A stretch of DNA of 64,000 nucleotides, taken from an uncultured bacterium. GTDB taxonomy: Bacteria > Fidelibacterota > Marinisomatia > Marinisomatales > UBA1611. Below, piece by piece: positions 29,005-38,845 of this stretch. Every line of letters begins with the position of its first letter. The first letter of the stretch is position 1. The notes beneath the pieces are model-generated. The model had not been told where the DNA came from and made no database searches. It saw only the letters and a program-made list of their open reading frames with translations. A program made the translations under genes and the position numbers. The stretch lies in contig CALSPG010000005.1 of assembly GCA_943788175.1 (NCBI GenBank), forward strand, positions 416,001 through 480,000, written 5' to 3'.

Positions 29005-30187
29005 AGTAAAACTCTTTTTAAGTTTAGCTCTAAGCTTATTTTTCACCGTCACCAGTTGTGAACGATCTATTCATGATATCCATATGGAGTCATTCGTTGC
29101 CGATACGCATAATGATATTATTCTTAGAGCGATGGAAGGAGAAGATATCTTGTCTTTTCATCAAGAAACGCAATCTGACTTAGAAAAGTTCAAACTAGGT
29201 GGTGTAGATCTACAAGTCTTCTCAATATGGGTTAGTCCAAGCAACGTAAACAATGATGAAGAGTATTTTCAAAAAGCAAATAGTATGATCAGTAAGCTTA
29301 ATTTTTTGATTTCTAGAGTTCCTGACGATTGGGGCCTTGTAAAATCTTTTCAAGATATTTCATATAACAATAGAAAAAATAAAATGTCTTGTGTTATTGG
29401 TGTTGAGGGGGGTCACATAATTGGTAATAAAATTGAACGTATTGATCAGCTTCATAATCGAGGAATGAAGTATTTAGGACTTACTTGGAATAACTCTAAC
29501 AATATTGCTAGTTCCGCAAAAGATGAAGTATTAAATATAAATTCATTATCTGTAATTGGACTTTCTAATTTTGGGAAAAAAGTAGTTCGAAGGTGTAATG
29601 ATCTTGGAGTAATCATAGATGTCTCCCATTTAGGAGAGCAAGCCTTTTGGGATGTTATCGAACAATCGAAATCGCCGATAATAGCATCACACTCTTCGGT
29701 TTTTTCTTTATGCCCACATTATAGAAATTTAAAAGACGACCAAATCAAAGCAATCGCAAAAAAGGGAGGCGCTGTTTTTATTAATTTTTACCCTGGATAT
29801 ATTGATAGTACTTTTTCTAAAAAAGCTGATCTCGTTGATAGTAAATATGATATAGAATTAGAAATACTAGCTGAAAAGTATGACACATTATCAAATCAAT
29901 ATTGGTTTGAGAAGATGAAACTGCTGAAGCATGAGAAAGCTAAATTTGCGCCAAATATAAATGATGTAATTAAACATATATCATACGTCGTAGATTTAGT
30001 TGGCGTTGATTTTGTTGGAATTGGTTCTGATTATGACGGAGTCGAAATAATGCCTACAGGATTAGAAAACGTAGCAAAGTTACCTTTTTTGACAAAAAAG
30101 CTTATCGAAAATGGATATACAATAAGAGATGTTAGAAAAATTTTAGGTGGTAACTTTAAGCGAATTTTTAAGGAGGTTTGCAAATAA
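28991..30187 (+). CDS. membrane dipeptidase (peptidase M19) lipoprotein
   Basis: DTHND, GVEGGH, LTWN, DVSH, ASHS, RN..D, GSDYDG; likely TTG start at 28991 gives lipoprotein signal ...VTSC. Confidence 0.88.
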   Translation: MNGIKVKLFLSLALSLFFTVTSCERSIHDIHMESFVADTHNDIILRAMEGEDILSFHQETQSDLEKFKLGGVDLQVFSIWVSPSNVNNDEEYFQKANSMISKLNFLISRVPDDWGLVKSFQDISYNNRKNKMSCVIGVEGGHIIGNKIERIDQLHNRGMKYLGLTWNNSNNIASSAKDEVLNINSLSVIGLSNFGKKVVRRCNDLGVIIDVSHLGEQAFWDVIEQSKSPIIASHSSVFSLCPHYRNLKDDQIKAIAKKGGAVFINFYPGYIDSTFSKKADLVDSKYDIELEILAEKYDTLSNQYWFEKMKLLKHEKAKFAPNINDVIKHISYVVDLVGVDFVGIGSDYDGVEIMPTGLENVAKLPFLTKKLIENGYTIRDVRKILGGNFKRIFKEVCK

Positions 30188-30191
30188 AATC

Positions 30192-30596
30192 ATGAGTACA
30201 TCAAAAATAGTTTACAGAAACAATTTAAGAACTGAGTCAGAGCACATTGCTTCAGGCGAAAAAATTATAACGGATGCGCCGGTTGACAATAACGGAAAAG
30301 GGGAAGCCTTCTCACCAACTGATTTGGTAGCAACAGCACTTGGCTCCTGCATGATCACTATTATAGCAATTGCAGCCGAAAAGAATGGGTTAGATATATC
30401 TGGGACTAGTGCTTCAGTTAAAAAAGTTATGAGCGCCAACCCCAGGATGATTAGCGATGTCATTATTGAAATTAAAATGAATAAACGTATTAGTGAAAAA
30501 GATCGGAAGCGACTAGAAAAAGCCGCGTTAGCATGTCCTGTCCATAAAAGTTTACATCCCGATATGAACAAAGAAATAAAATTTATTTATTTTTAG
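30192..30596 (+). CDS. OsmC/YhfA family protein
   Basis: TDAPVDNNGKG..FSPTDL...LGSC; CPVH.SL; ATG start at 30192. Confidence 0.88.
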   Translation: MSTSKIVYRNNLRTESEHIASGEKIITDAPVDNNGKGEAFSPTDLVATALGSCMITIIAIAAEKNGLDISGTSASVKKVMSANPRMISDVIIEIKMNKRISEKDRKRLEKAALACPVHKSLHPDMNKEIKFIYF

Positions 30597-30650
30597 GTAT
30601 CTAGTTTTATATGATTTTTCAATGATTTTATTTAGATTATATTTCTAAAT

Positions 30651-31331
30651 ATGTATTCAGAATTCAAGCTTGCACCATCAATCTTATCTGCAGATTTTTC
30701 AAACTTGCAGGGAGCTTTACAAATTTGTGACGAAGGAGGGGCTGATTGGATTCATGTTGATGTAATGGATAATCAATTTGTTCCTAATCTAACTATTGGT
30801 CCTCCTGTAGTTAAGTCATTGCGAAAAAGTACTAAAAAATTTATTGATGTTCATATGATGGTCATCAACCCTGAAAATTTAGTAGAGCCATTCGCCAGAG
30901 CGGGTGCAGACAACATAACTTTTCACATCGAGGCATCCGATAATCCTGAAGAAGTTATTGATTTGATTCGTTCAACTGGGAAGATGGTTGGAATTTCGCT
31001 GAAACCATCAACGCCATTTATTGAAATTATGCCATATTTAGATAAAATTGATTTAGTCCTTGTCATGAGCGTTGAACCGGGATTTGGTGGCCAAGGTTAT
31101 ATTAAAGATTCAACAAAGCGAATTGCTGAAATAAAAAAATATCTAAAAGATAATTGTTTAGAAAGAGTCCAAATCCAAGTTGATGGCGGAATCAAACTCC
31201 ACAATGCTAAGGAGGTCATTTTGGCCGGCGGAGATATTTTAGTAGCCGGTTCTGAAGTCTTTGGCTCAAAAAACCCACAGAAAGTCATTAAAGATTTTTA
31301 TGCAAATGCTAAATCAATCAAGTTCTCTTAA
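30651..31331 (+). CDS. rpe: ribulose-phosphate 3-epimerase
   Basis: APSILSADF, HVDVMD..FVPN, DVH.M, MSV.PGFGGQ, VDGG. Confidence 0.95.
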   Translation: MYSEFKLAPSILSADFSNLQGALQICDEGGADWIHVDVMDNQFVPNLTIGPPVVKSLRKSTKKFIDVHMMVINPENLVEPFARAGADNITFHIEASDNPEEVIDLIRSTGKMVGISLKPSTPFIEIMPYLDKIDLVLVMSVEPGFGGQGYIKDSTKRIAEIKKYLKDNCLERVQIQVDGGIKLHNAKEVILAGGDILVAGSEVFGSKNPQKVIKDFYANAKSIKFS

Positions 31332-31350
31332 AAAATATTAAAAACAAGAT

Positions 31351-31922
31351 ATGAACACTGTAATAATGTTTATAGTTGTTTTGATTGTCATAGGGCTTAT
31401 TTCTTGGCTATTTACTGTATATAATGGTTTAGTTCAGGTTAAAGAAAATATAAAAAAATCATGGGCTAATATTGATGTGCTTTTGATGCAGCGCTCTGAT
31501 GAAATTCCCTAAACTGGTCAAGGTTTTAAAATCTTTCGTAAAGCATGAAAAGGACTATGTTGGATAATATTTTGGAATCAAGGAATCATCTTTTTTAGGC
31601 GCGAGCAGTATCGACGAAAAAGCTGATGCAGACAATCAAATATCAGAGGCTTTAAAATCTGTTTTTGCTCTTATCTGAAGCTTATCCTGAACTTAGCTTT
31701 AATGAAAATTTTCTTAAGCTTCAAGGAAGAATAAGTGGCTTAGAAAATCAAATTTCAGATAGACGGGAATTGTACAATGACAGTGTTAATAATTATAACA
31801 TCCGTATTCAGTCTATTCCAGATACTTTTGTAGCAAAAGCATTGAATCTAGCACAAGAAGAAATGTTCGAAGTAGATAAAAGTAAGATAAAAGATCACGG
31901 TGTAAATCTAGACAATATTTAA
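31351..31922 (+). pseudogene. lemA: LemA family protein interrupted by four frameshifts (pseudogene or sequence error)
   Basis: N-terminal TM + YNGLV..WANIDV.L.QR.D.IP; C-terminal EAYPEL..NENFL.LQ..I..LEN.I..RR..YND.V..YN; frame changes near 31508, 31553, 31585, 31670. Confidence 0.8.
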
Positions 31923-31972
31923 TAATAATAGTTTAATCAAATAAATTTTAAAAAAATTATAGGTAAAAATTC

Positions 31973-34000
31973 ATGCATACTTACAAAAACTTAGATTCTT
32001 TTGAATACTGGTCAATAACTGATAAAGATCAGTTTAGTATAGCTGTTCTTAAAGGTCTAATTATGGATGGTGTAAGAAAAGCTAATAGTGGTCACCCTGG
32101 GGGGGCTATGAGCTCGGCTGATTTTATTTATTTACTATTTAAAGATTATCTGAAATATAGCCCTCAAAACTCTGAATGGTTTGACAGAGATAGGTTCGTT
32201 TTATCAGGCGGACATATGTCGATGTTACAATACGGTATTTTGCATATGGTAGGTTGGATGAAATTATCTGAATTGAAAAAATTTAGACAGCTAGGAAGTC
32301 AAACGCCTGGTCATCCAGAAGTAGATATCAAAGGAGTGGAGTGTACCACAGGTCCATTGGGACAAGGTTTTGCAATGGGTGTCGGTATGGCGTTTGCTGA
32401 GGCGTATCTAAATGATGTGACGAGTGAGAAGGAAAGCGATCAAAAATTAGTTGACCACTTCACCTATGTTTTAGCTACTGATGGAGATTTGCAAGAGCCT
32501 GTTTCATTAGGTGCAGCTGCAATAGCAGGGCACCTAGGGCTTAAAAAACTTGTGGTTTATTATGATGCGAATGATGCTCAAATTTCCGGAAAAGTGTCTA
32601 GATCTGATTCTGTTGATTATGCTACTGTATTTGATGGATTAGGTTGGAATGTGCAAACGATCGACGGGCATGATCATAGTGCTATGCACTTTGCTATTGA
32701 GACGGCAAAAGTAATGAATAAACCAAGTATCATTATTGGTAATACTGTAATGGCAAAGGGTAGTGCAAATATGGAGCAAGACCACAACACTCATGGGGCG
32801 CCATTATCTCAAGATGAAATTGATCTCACAAAAAAGAAGCTTGGATTACCAGATAAAAAGTTTTTTGTCCCTGAGCAGGTGGTTGAGCATTTTCGCACGC
32901 GATTTAATGATTTGATTGCCTTAGAAAATGAATGGTCAGATGCCTACAAAAAATTCAGTAAAAATTCTGAACTAAAAAATATTATTGCTAGTACGATATC
33001 TGAGAAAATTATTTCAGAGTTCGATACTCCAGATTTCAGTGCTGGGGAAGTGCTTGCAACGAGAAAAGCTTTTGGAGCAGTATTAGATTCTATTGCTGAT
33101 GATTTCCCTCAACTTGTGGGAGGGTCTGCTGATTTAGAGCCTTCTAATTATACAGGCAATTTTGCTGAAAAATTCGGTGATTTTACTAAGTTAAATCAAT
33201 CTGGAAGGAACATTCCGTTTGGAGTAAGAGAGTTTCCTATGGCAGCTATGATGAATGGCATGGCTCTGCATGGCGGGTTGATACCATTTGGGGGCACATT
33301 TTTGGTATTTGCTGATTACGAGCGTCCGGCACTTAGATTAGCTGCGATCCAAAAAATAAGAGTGATTCATGAATTCACTCACGACTCATTTTATGTTGGA
33401 GAGGACGGGCCAACGCATCAACCAGTTGAGCAGATTATGAGTCTCAGAGCTATCCCAGATTTTTGTGTATATAGACCGGCAGATGCAAAAGAAACTGCAT
33501 CTTGTATGAAACTAGCATTGAAGAATGACTCGATGCCTTCTGCACTGATATTAACCAGACAAGGCGTTCCTATTATTGAGGGGAGTCAAAATCAAGTCGA
33601 TGACAATGTGACCAAGGGCGCTTATACTTTACTTGATTGTTCAGGTAGTCCTGAAATAGTTATCCTTGCTTCTGGTTCAGAAGTAAGCCTAGCTATAGAA
33701 GTTGCAAATAAATTGAATGATAAAAAAATACGAGTAGTAAGTATGCCTTGTTGGGAATTATTTGATATGCAACCTAACGAGTATAAGGAAAAATTGATTC
33801 CCAAAAGAGGAAGTTTGAAAGTCTCAATTGAAGCAGGTGTCACACAGGGTTGGGAAAAATATATTGGTAGGTATGGACTTTCAATAGGGATCAATCAATT
33901 TGGAAGTTCTGCTCCTGCGGCGGATCTAGCGGAAAAATTTGGTTTTACTTGTGATAAAGTAATTGAAAAAATTAATAAATCCTTAGGTAGTTTATTATGA
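31973..34000 (+). CDS. tkt: transketolase
   Basis: SGHPGG, RDRFVLS.GH, TTGPLGQG, DGDLQE, GVREF, THDS..VGEDGPTHQP. Confidence 0.96.
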   Translation: MHTYKNLDSFEYWSITDKDQFSIAVLKGLIMDGVRKANSGHPGGAMSSADFIYLLFKDYLKYSPQNSEWFDRDRFVLSGGHMSMLQYGILHMVGWMKLSELKKFRQLGSQTPGHPEVDIKGVECTTGPLGQGFAMGVGMAFAEAYLNDVTSEKESDQKLVDHFTYVLATDGDLQEPVSLGAAAIAGHLGLKKLVVYYDANDAQISGKVSRSDSVDYATVFDGLGWNVQTIDGHDHSAMHFAIETAKVMNKPSIIIGNTVMAKGSANMEQDHNTHGAPLSQDEIDLTKKKLGLPDKKFFVPEQVVEHFRTRFNDLIALENEWSDAYKKFSKNSELKNIIASTISEKIISEFDTPDFSAGEVLATRKAFGAVLDSIADDFPQLVGGSADLEPSNYTGNFAEKFGDFTKLNQSGRNIPFGVREFPMAAMMNGMALHGGLIPFGGTFLVFADYERPALRLAAIQKIRVIHEFTHDSFYVGEDGPTHQPVEQIMSLRAIPDFCVYRPADAKETASCMKLALKNDSMPSALILTRQGVPIIEGSQNQVDDNVTKGAYTLLDCSGSPEIVILASGSEVSLAIEVANKLNDKKIRVVSMPCWELFDMQPNEYKEKLIPKRGSLKVSIEAGVTQGWEKYIGRYGLSIGINQFGSSAPAADLAEKFGFTCDKVIEKINKSLGSLL

Positions 34001-34437
34001 TTATTCATCTGGCGACTGATCATGCTGGATTAGATCTAAAAGATAAAATCAAAATATATCTTTCTAAAATGAATCACAAAGTAATTGATCATGGTGCTTA
34101 TGAGTATGATGCGCTCGATGATTATCCTGATTTTATTTTTCCATGTGCTTTGGCAGTCTCGAAAGATAAGAATAGTAAAGGAATCATTCTAGGTGGTTCA
34201 GGGCAAGGTGAGGCAATGGCTGCAAACAGGGTAAAAGGCGTAAGGGCTGCAGTTTTTTATAATGGTCCAGATGATATAATTAAACTTTCCCGGCAACATA
34301 ATGATGCAAATATATTATCATTGGGCGCAAGATTTATGACGGAGAAAGAAATGTATAAGATAATAAAAGTTTGGTTGTCTATAGATTTTGAAGGTGGAAG
34401 ACACCAAAGAAGAATAGAAAAATTAGATGAGCGCTAA
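33997..34437 (+). CDS. rpiB: ribose-5-phosphate isomerase B
   Basis: DHAG, DDYPD, GGSGQGE..AAN (Glu-type as in actinobacterial RpiB), R.HN.AN, GGRH.RR. Confidence 0.92.
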   Translation: MIIHLATDHAGLDLKDKIKIYLSKMNHKVIDHGAYEYDALDDYPDFIFPCALAVSKDKNSKGIILGGSGQGEAMAANRVKGVRAAVFYNGPDDIIKLSRQHNDANILSLGARFMTEKEMYKIIKVWLSIDFEGGRHQRRIEKLDER

Positions 34438-35022
34438 TTAAGCTTCAGGCAGATTATTTTCACTGTTTTGGATGTCTTGGGACAGTACTTTATCAAACAA
34501 ATCGTGTACATAAAATAAACGTTTCATTTCGTTTTCTAATAGAAGAATATTTCTTTTTATATCAATCGGAAGGGATATCCCTGCTAAAAATTGAAAAGAA
34601 ATTTCTTTATCCATATTAAGCTCAAAGTCTTTTTCTTTGCCAATCTTTATAAGCAACTCAAGATATTTGTTTTGAACGGACTTTAATAAACTCCCCTGTT
34701 CAGTCACAGGGTTTTGCAGATATTCAATATTACCAATCCAAAGATTATCTTTTTTTATTTTATCTAGTATTTGAAAACATTTTTTTCCAGTGGCTATTAA
34801 ATCATATTCACCAGTTTCATAATGTTTAATTACTTTGGTTACGTTTAAAGTACAGCCTATGGTATCAACAGATCCTTTATTGTTTGAGACAATTCCAAAA
34901 GGACTGTTGTTCGCAATCGAATTAGAAATCATTTTTTTATATCTGTCTTCAAAAATATGAAGTGGCACTTTCTCAAACGGTAAAACGATCATATTTAAAG
35001 GGAATAGCGGGATTTTTGTCAT
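34438..35022 (-). CDS. LON peptidase substrate-binding (N-terminal) domain protein
   Basis: IPLFPL..VLP....PLHIFE.RY..M. Confidence 0.85.
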   Translation of the reverse strand: MTKIPLFPLNMIVLPFEKVPLHIFEDRYKKMISNSIANNSPFGIVSNNKGSVDTIGCTLNVTKVIKHYETGEYDLIATGKKCFQILDKIKKDNLWIGNIEYLQNPVTEQGSLLKSVQNKYLELLIKIGKEKDFELNMDKEISFQFLAGISLPIDIKRNILLLENEMKRLFYVHDLFDKVLSQDIQNSENNLPEA

Positions 35023-35167
35023 ATTATTATTTATTGTTAAGTATTTAACAGTTCGAATATATTTGTTATCCGTAATAAGCGTAAAATATTTTTTTAGAAA
35101 ATATTAATACTAAAATTGAAAATTAATCATTATTTAAAAACATTTAAAAAAACTTCAAAGAACTAGT

Positions 35168-36580
35168 TTGTTAGGGTTTTCCAATATATCCTTAAGCAAT
35201 TTTCTATTTTGGGCTACCCAAAAAAAGTGGTTCCTTTATGCATTAGGTTTGGGGGTATTATTATTATCTCTTCCAACGCCCCACGATCTTCAGATTAAAG
35301 CTAAGATTTCAATAATAATATTAATTGTATCTTTGATATTGATAATTAAAGAGCCAATACCATTACCAGCTGTGGCAATTTTTATACTCATTGCGCAAAT
35401 TTATGGAGGAGTTGATACGGTTGATGGTATATCAAAGTCATTTATGAGCGATGCTGTCTTTTTTATAATGGGCTCACTTATGCTTGCAGTTGTAATAATT
35501 AAACAAGGTTGGGATTCACGCATAGCTTTGGGTATTCTTAAATTTACTGGAAATAAAACTGCTGGCATTGCTTTAGGGTTTTTATCTATTTCTGCAGTGC
35601 TATCTTCTTTTATTGGCGAGCATACGGTAGCAGCAATTATGTTACCAATCGGAATGACACTTATTCGATTTACTTCAGCTAATCCCTCTAAAGTAAAAAA
35701 TTTATCGGCCGTCATTCTTTTTTCTATTGCTTATGGATGCTTAATTGGTTCCGTTGGAACTCCTTCTGGAGGTGGAAGAAATGTGATTATGATTAATTAC
35801 TTAAATCAAGCAGGTATCTCTATTTCGTATTTTGAATGGATGTTGAGAGTATACCCCTTTATTTTTATACAAATCCCAATAGTTAGTTGGATCATTATGA
35901 AAACATTTAAACCCGAGCATAGAATTCTTGATAGTAGCGTAAGAAAATTAGTAATAAAAGTTGCCAGATCTAGAGCTATTACCGGACGTAATACATTAAC
36001 CGTATTGATTTTTATTCTTATATTATCAGGTTGGGTGTTTTTTAGTGAAAAATTTGGGCTTGGAACCATAGCTCTCACGGGTGTTTTCCTCTATTTGTTA
36101 GGCGGATTTGTAAAGTGGAGCGATTTAAATAAACATACACATTGGGGCGTAATCATTCTTTTTGGCGCAACGATCTCGCTTGGTACGAGTATCAGCAAAA
36201 CAGGTGGAGCAATGTGGCTTGCCGATCAGTTAGTTTATTTTTTGGGAACTTTTATGGAAACAATCCCATTTTTTAGGGAGTTTGTTATTATAGTAGTTAC
36301 TACAGGTATGTCAAATGTTCTATCAAGCTCTGCAACCGTAGCAGTTCTTGGACCCATAAATTTGAATTTGGTTCCTGAAATATTAAATATAGGATTATTG
36401 ACAGCAATGTCGTCTGCTTTTAGTTATTTCACTGCGGTTGCCGCACCTGCTTGTACGATTGTTTATTCAAGTGGTATGATTAGAGCAAAAGATTTTATAA
36501 AAATTGGTTTTAGGGTTGGGGTGGTATCAATATTGCTATTAATAGCTTATGTAAATATCTACTGGCCACTGTTTACTTAG
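35168..36580 (+). CDS. DASS/SLC13 family sodium-coupled anion (dicarboxylate/sulfate) symporter
   Basis: Highly hydrophobic; GTPSGG.RN motif; WGVI.LFG..ISLG. Confidence 0.85.
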   Translation: MLGFSNISLSNFLFWATQKKWFLYALGLGVLLLSLPTPHDLQIKAKISIIILIVSLILIIKEPIPLPAVAIFILIAQIYGGVDTVDGISKSFMSDAVFFIMGSLMLAVVIIKQGWDSRIALGILKFTGNKTAGIALGFLSISAVLSSFIGEHTVAAIMLPIGMTLIRFTSANPSKVKNLSAVILFSIAYGCLIGSVGTPSGGGRNVIMINYLNQAGISISYFEWMLRVYPFIFIQIPIVSWIIMKTFKPEHRILDSSVRKLVIKVARSRAITGRNTLTVLIFILILSGWVFFSEKFGLGTIALTGVFLYLLGGFVKWSDLNKHTHWGVIILFGATISLGTSISKTGGAMWLADQLVYFLGTFMETIPFFREFVIIVVTTGMSNVLSSSATVAVLGPINLNLVPEILNIGLLTAMSSAFSYFTAVAAPACTIVYSSGMIRAKDFIKIGFRVGVVSILLLIAYVNIYWPLFT

Positions 36581-36600
36581 TAGAATAATAAGGTGGATAT

Positions 36601-37485
36601 ATGAAAATATTAATTGCCATTGGAAGTAAAGATTTTTCAACGCCAACTCTTCGGCTGGGCATGAAAGTTGCCCAGGCTTTTCATGCTAAGACTACAATTA
36701 TTGATGTCGGCGAAAAAATTAGTGAATTTAGTTCTCATCTTGTTGAGCTTGCACATGACCAAATGGAATCTTGGGATTTTGACCCACCTGGTGTGGACGT
36801 ACTTGAGTGGGCGTTTAATTATCTTTCTGATAATAAATTGATTGATGCTAAACAAATAGAGATAGGCTTCCCTAGAAGTAGGTTAATTGATGATGGAGAA
36901 GATAGAAAACTTGTATACTTGCCAGGTACAGTTTGTGAAAATGTGAATCTAATCTTGAGGAACGGTGATATCGTTGCTGAACTTAGAGATGAGGTTCAGG
37001 TTGGTAAGTATGATGTTACTATTCTAGGGAAAAGTAGAAAAAGAAATATGTCTCACGATTTATTACAATACATAAATAGCTCTATTTTTGTTGTAAATAA
37101 TTATGATGATCAAAAATTTGATAAAATTTTGTTGCCCTTAAATGAAGCAAGTGGGATGATGAAAGTAGCAAAATATGCAATTCGAGTCGCTCTAGCGCTC
37201 AAAATTGAAATTGAAATTTTAACAGTATTGGAGAATAAAAGTTCAAATCAAATAAAATCATACAATTATAATAAAGTTGTCAAATTAATAAGAAGGTCTG
37301 GTGTTCAATACGCGATTGAAGAAAAAGAAGGAGTCGTCGCAGAGCAAATTATTAAAAAAGCTGATAAAAATAAAATAATTGTAATGAAAGCATCAAGCAT
37401 GAGTCCGATAAAAAGGTATTTCAAAGGTAGCATTCCTTTATCAGTAATGAACGCGTGTGATGTGCCTATTTTAATTGTTAAATAA
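36601..37485 (+). CDS. tandem universal stress protein (USP) domain protein
   Basis: MKILIA..S..; LR.G...E; second unit KILLPL...; GS....VM.....PILIVK. Confidence 0.75.
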   Translation: MKILIAIGSKDFSTPTLRLGMKVAQAFHAKTTIIDVGEKISEFSSHLVELAHDQMESWDFDPPGVDVLEWAFNYLSDNKLIDAKQIEIGFPRSRLIDDGEDRKLVYLPGTVCENVNLILRNGDIVAELRDEVQVGKYDVTILGKSRKRNMSHDLLQYINSSIFVVNNYDDQKFDKILLPLNEASGMMKVAKYAIRVALALKIEIEILTVLENKSSNQIKSYNYNKVVKLIRRSGVQYAIEEKEGVVAEQIIKKADKNKIIVMKASSMSPIKRYFKGSIPLSVMNACDVPILIVK

Positions 37486-37550
37486 TTACCAAAGTATGAG
37501 TTTAATAGTATTTATATAATTAAGTTTAAAAATAGATAAGGAATCATATT

Positions 37551-38783
37551 ATGTCATCAAGTACAAACCCAACTGATGCAGCTTATAAGAGCGCAGTAGA
37601 GAAATTAGGTCTTAAGTCAAATATCGCTAGAGCACTGGAAATCCCAGATAGAGAGTTAAAAGTTGAGATACCCTTCAGAAAAGACAATGGTGAGATTGAT
37701 AGTGTTGTAGGCTACAGGGTTCAACATAATAATACTAGAGGTCCATTTAAAGGCGGAATAAGGTATCACCAGCATGTAGATATTGAAGAAGTTAGATCGT
37801 TGGCAACATTAATGACTTGGAAAACCTCTCTGGTCGATATTCCTTATGGTGGTGGAAAAGGGGGGATTGAGATAGACCCAAGTCGCTACAGCAAAACAGA
37901 GCTTGAAAGAATTTCAAGAAAATTTTTCCGTGCAATAGATCCTATTATTGGTGTGAATATTGATATTCCTGCTCCTGATGTCAATACTAATGCACAAGTA
38001 ATGAGTTGGTTCATGGATGAGTATAGTCAAACTCATGGTTATACGCCTGGAATTGTCACTGGCAAACCATTAGAACTTGGTGGTTCAGAGGGGCGAGAGG
38101 CTGCAACTGGCAGAGGTACTGCAATCATTACTCGCGAAGCAGCTGAAAAATGGAATATAAATTTAAAAGGAGCTAAAGTAGTTATTCAAGGTTTCGGTAA
38201 TGTTGGTTCTTACGCTGCAAAATTTTTACATGAATACGGTTGCAAGATTATAGGCGTTAGTGATATCAGCGGTGGACTATATGATCCTGAAGGATTTGAT
38301 TTAGATGCTTTATTTGATTACAACTATAAGAACAGAACAATCGATGGATACCAACAAGGGAAAAAGATTACAAATGAACAATTGTTAGCATTAGAATGTG
38401 ATTTTTTAATTCCAGCCGCTCTGGGTAGTGCAATCACTGATAAAAATGTAGATTCATTGAACTGTAAAATTATAATTGAAGCAGCTAATGGACCAGTAAC
38501 TGGAGAAGCTGCTGATAAATTATGGGAAAAGAAAATTGCAATTATTCCAGATATTTTAACAAATGCTGGTGGTGTTACTGTATCTTATTTTGAATGGGTA
38601 CAAAACTTGCAACAGTTTAAATGGCCAGAAAAAGAAATCAATGAAAAGCTTGAACAAAAAATGGTAAGTGCATTTAATGAAGTTTATTCAATAAGAGAAA
38701 GCAAAAAGGTTCCGATGCGTATTGCTTCATTTATGGTCGCGATAGATCGTGTTAGTACGGCTTATAATTTGCGAGAAGGATAG
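37551..38783 (+). CDS. gdhA: glutamate dehydrogenase (Glu/Leu/Phe/Val dehydrogenase)
   Basis: RGPFKGGIRYH, GGGKGG, DIPAPD, TGKP, QGFGNVG, EAANGP, NAGGVTVSYFEW. Confidence 0.93.
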   Translation: MSSSTNPTDAAYKSAVEKLGLKSNIARALEIPDRELKVEIPFRKDNGEIDSVVGYRVQHNNTRGPFKGGIRYHQHVDIEEVRSLATLMTWKTSLVDIPYGGGKGGIEIDPSRYSKTELERISRKFFRAIDPIIGVNIDIPAPDVNTNAQVMSWFMDEYSQTHGYTPGIVTGKPLELGGSEGREAATGRGTAIITREAAEKWNINLKGAKVVIQGFGNVGSYAAKFLHEYGCKIIGVSDISGGLYDPEGFDLDALFDYNYKNRTIDGYQQGKKITNEQLLALECDFLIPAALGSAITDKNVDSLNCKIIIEAANGPVTGEAADKLWEKKIAIIPDILTNAGGVTVSYFEWVQNLQQFKWPEKEINEKLEQKMVSAFNEVYSIRESKKVPMRIASFMVAIDRVSTAYNLREG

Positions 38784-38845
38784 TTTTGTAAAGATTGAAT
38801 ATAAATTTTAAATTAATTTTTTAGATAAACAGAAAGAGGAAAAAA

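Noticed and set aside
31500-31675. Programmed ribosomal frameshifting or phase variation in lemA
   Set aside because: Four separate shifts would be needed and none lies in a long homopolymer or canonical slippery site
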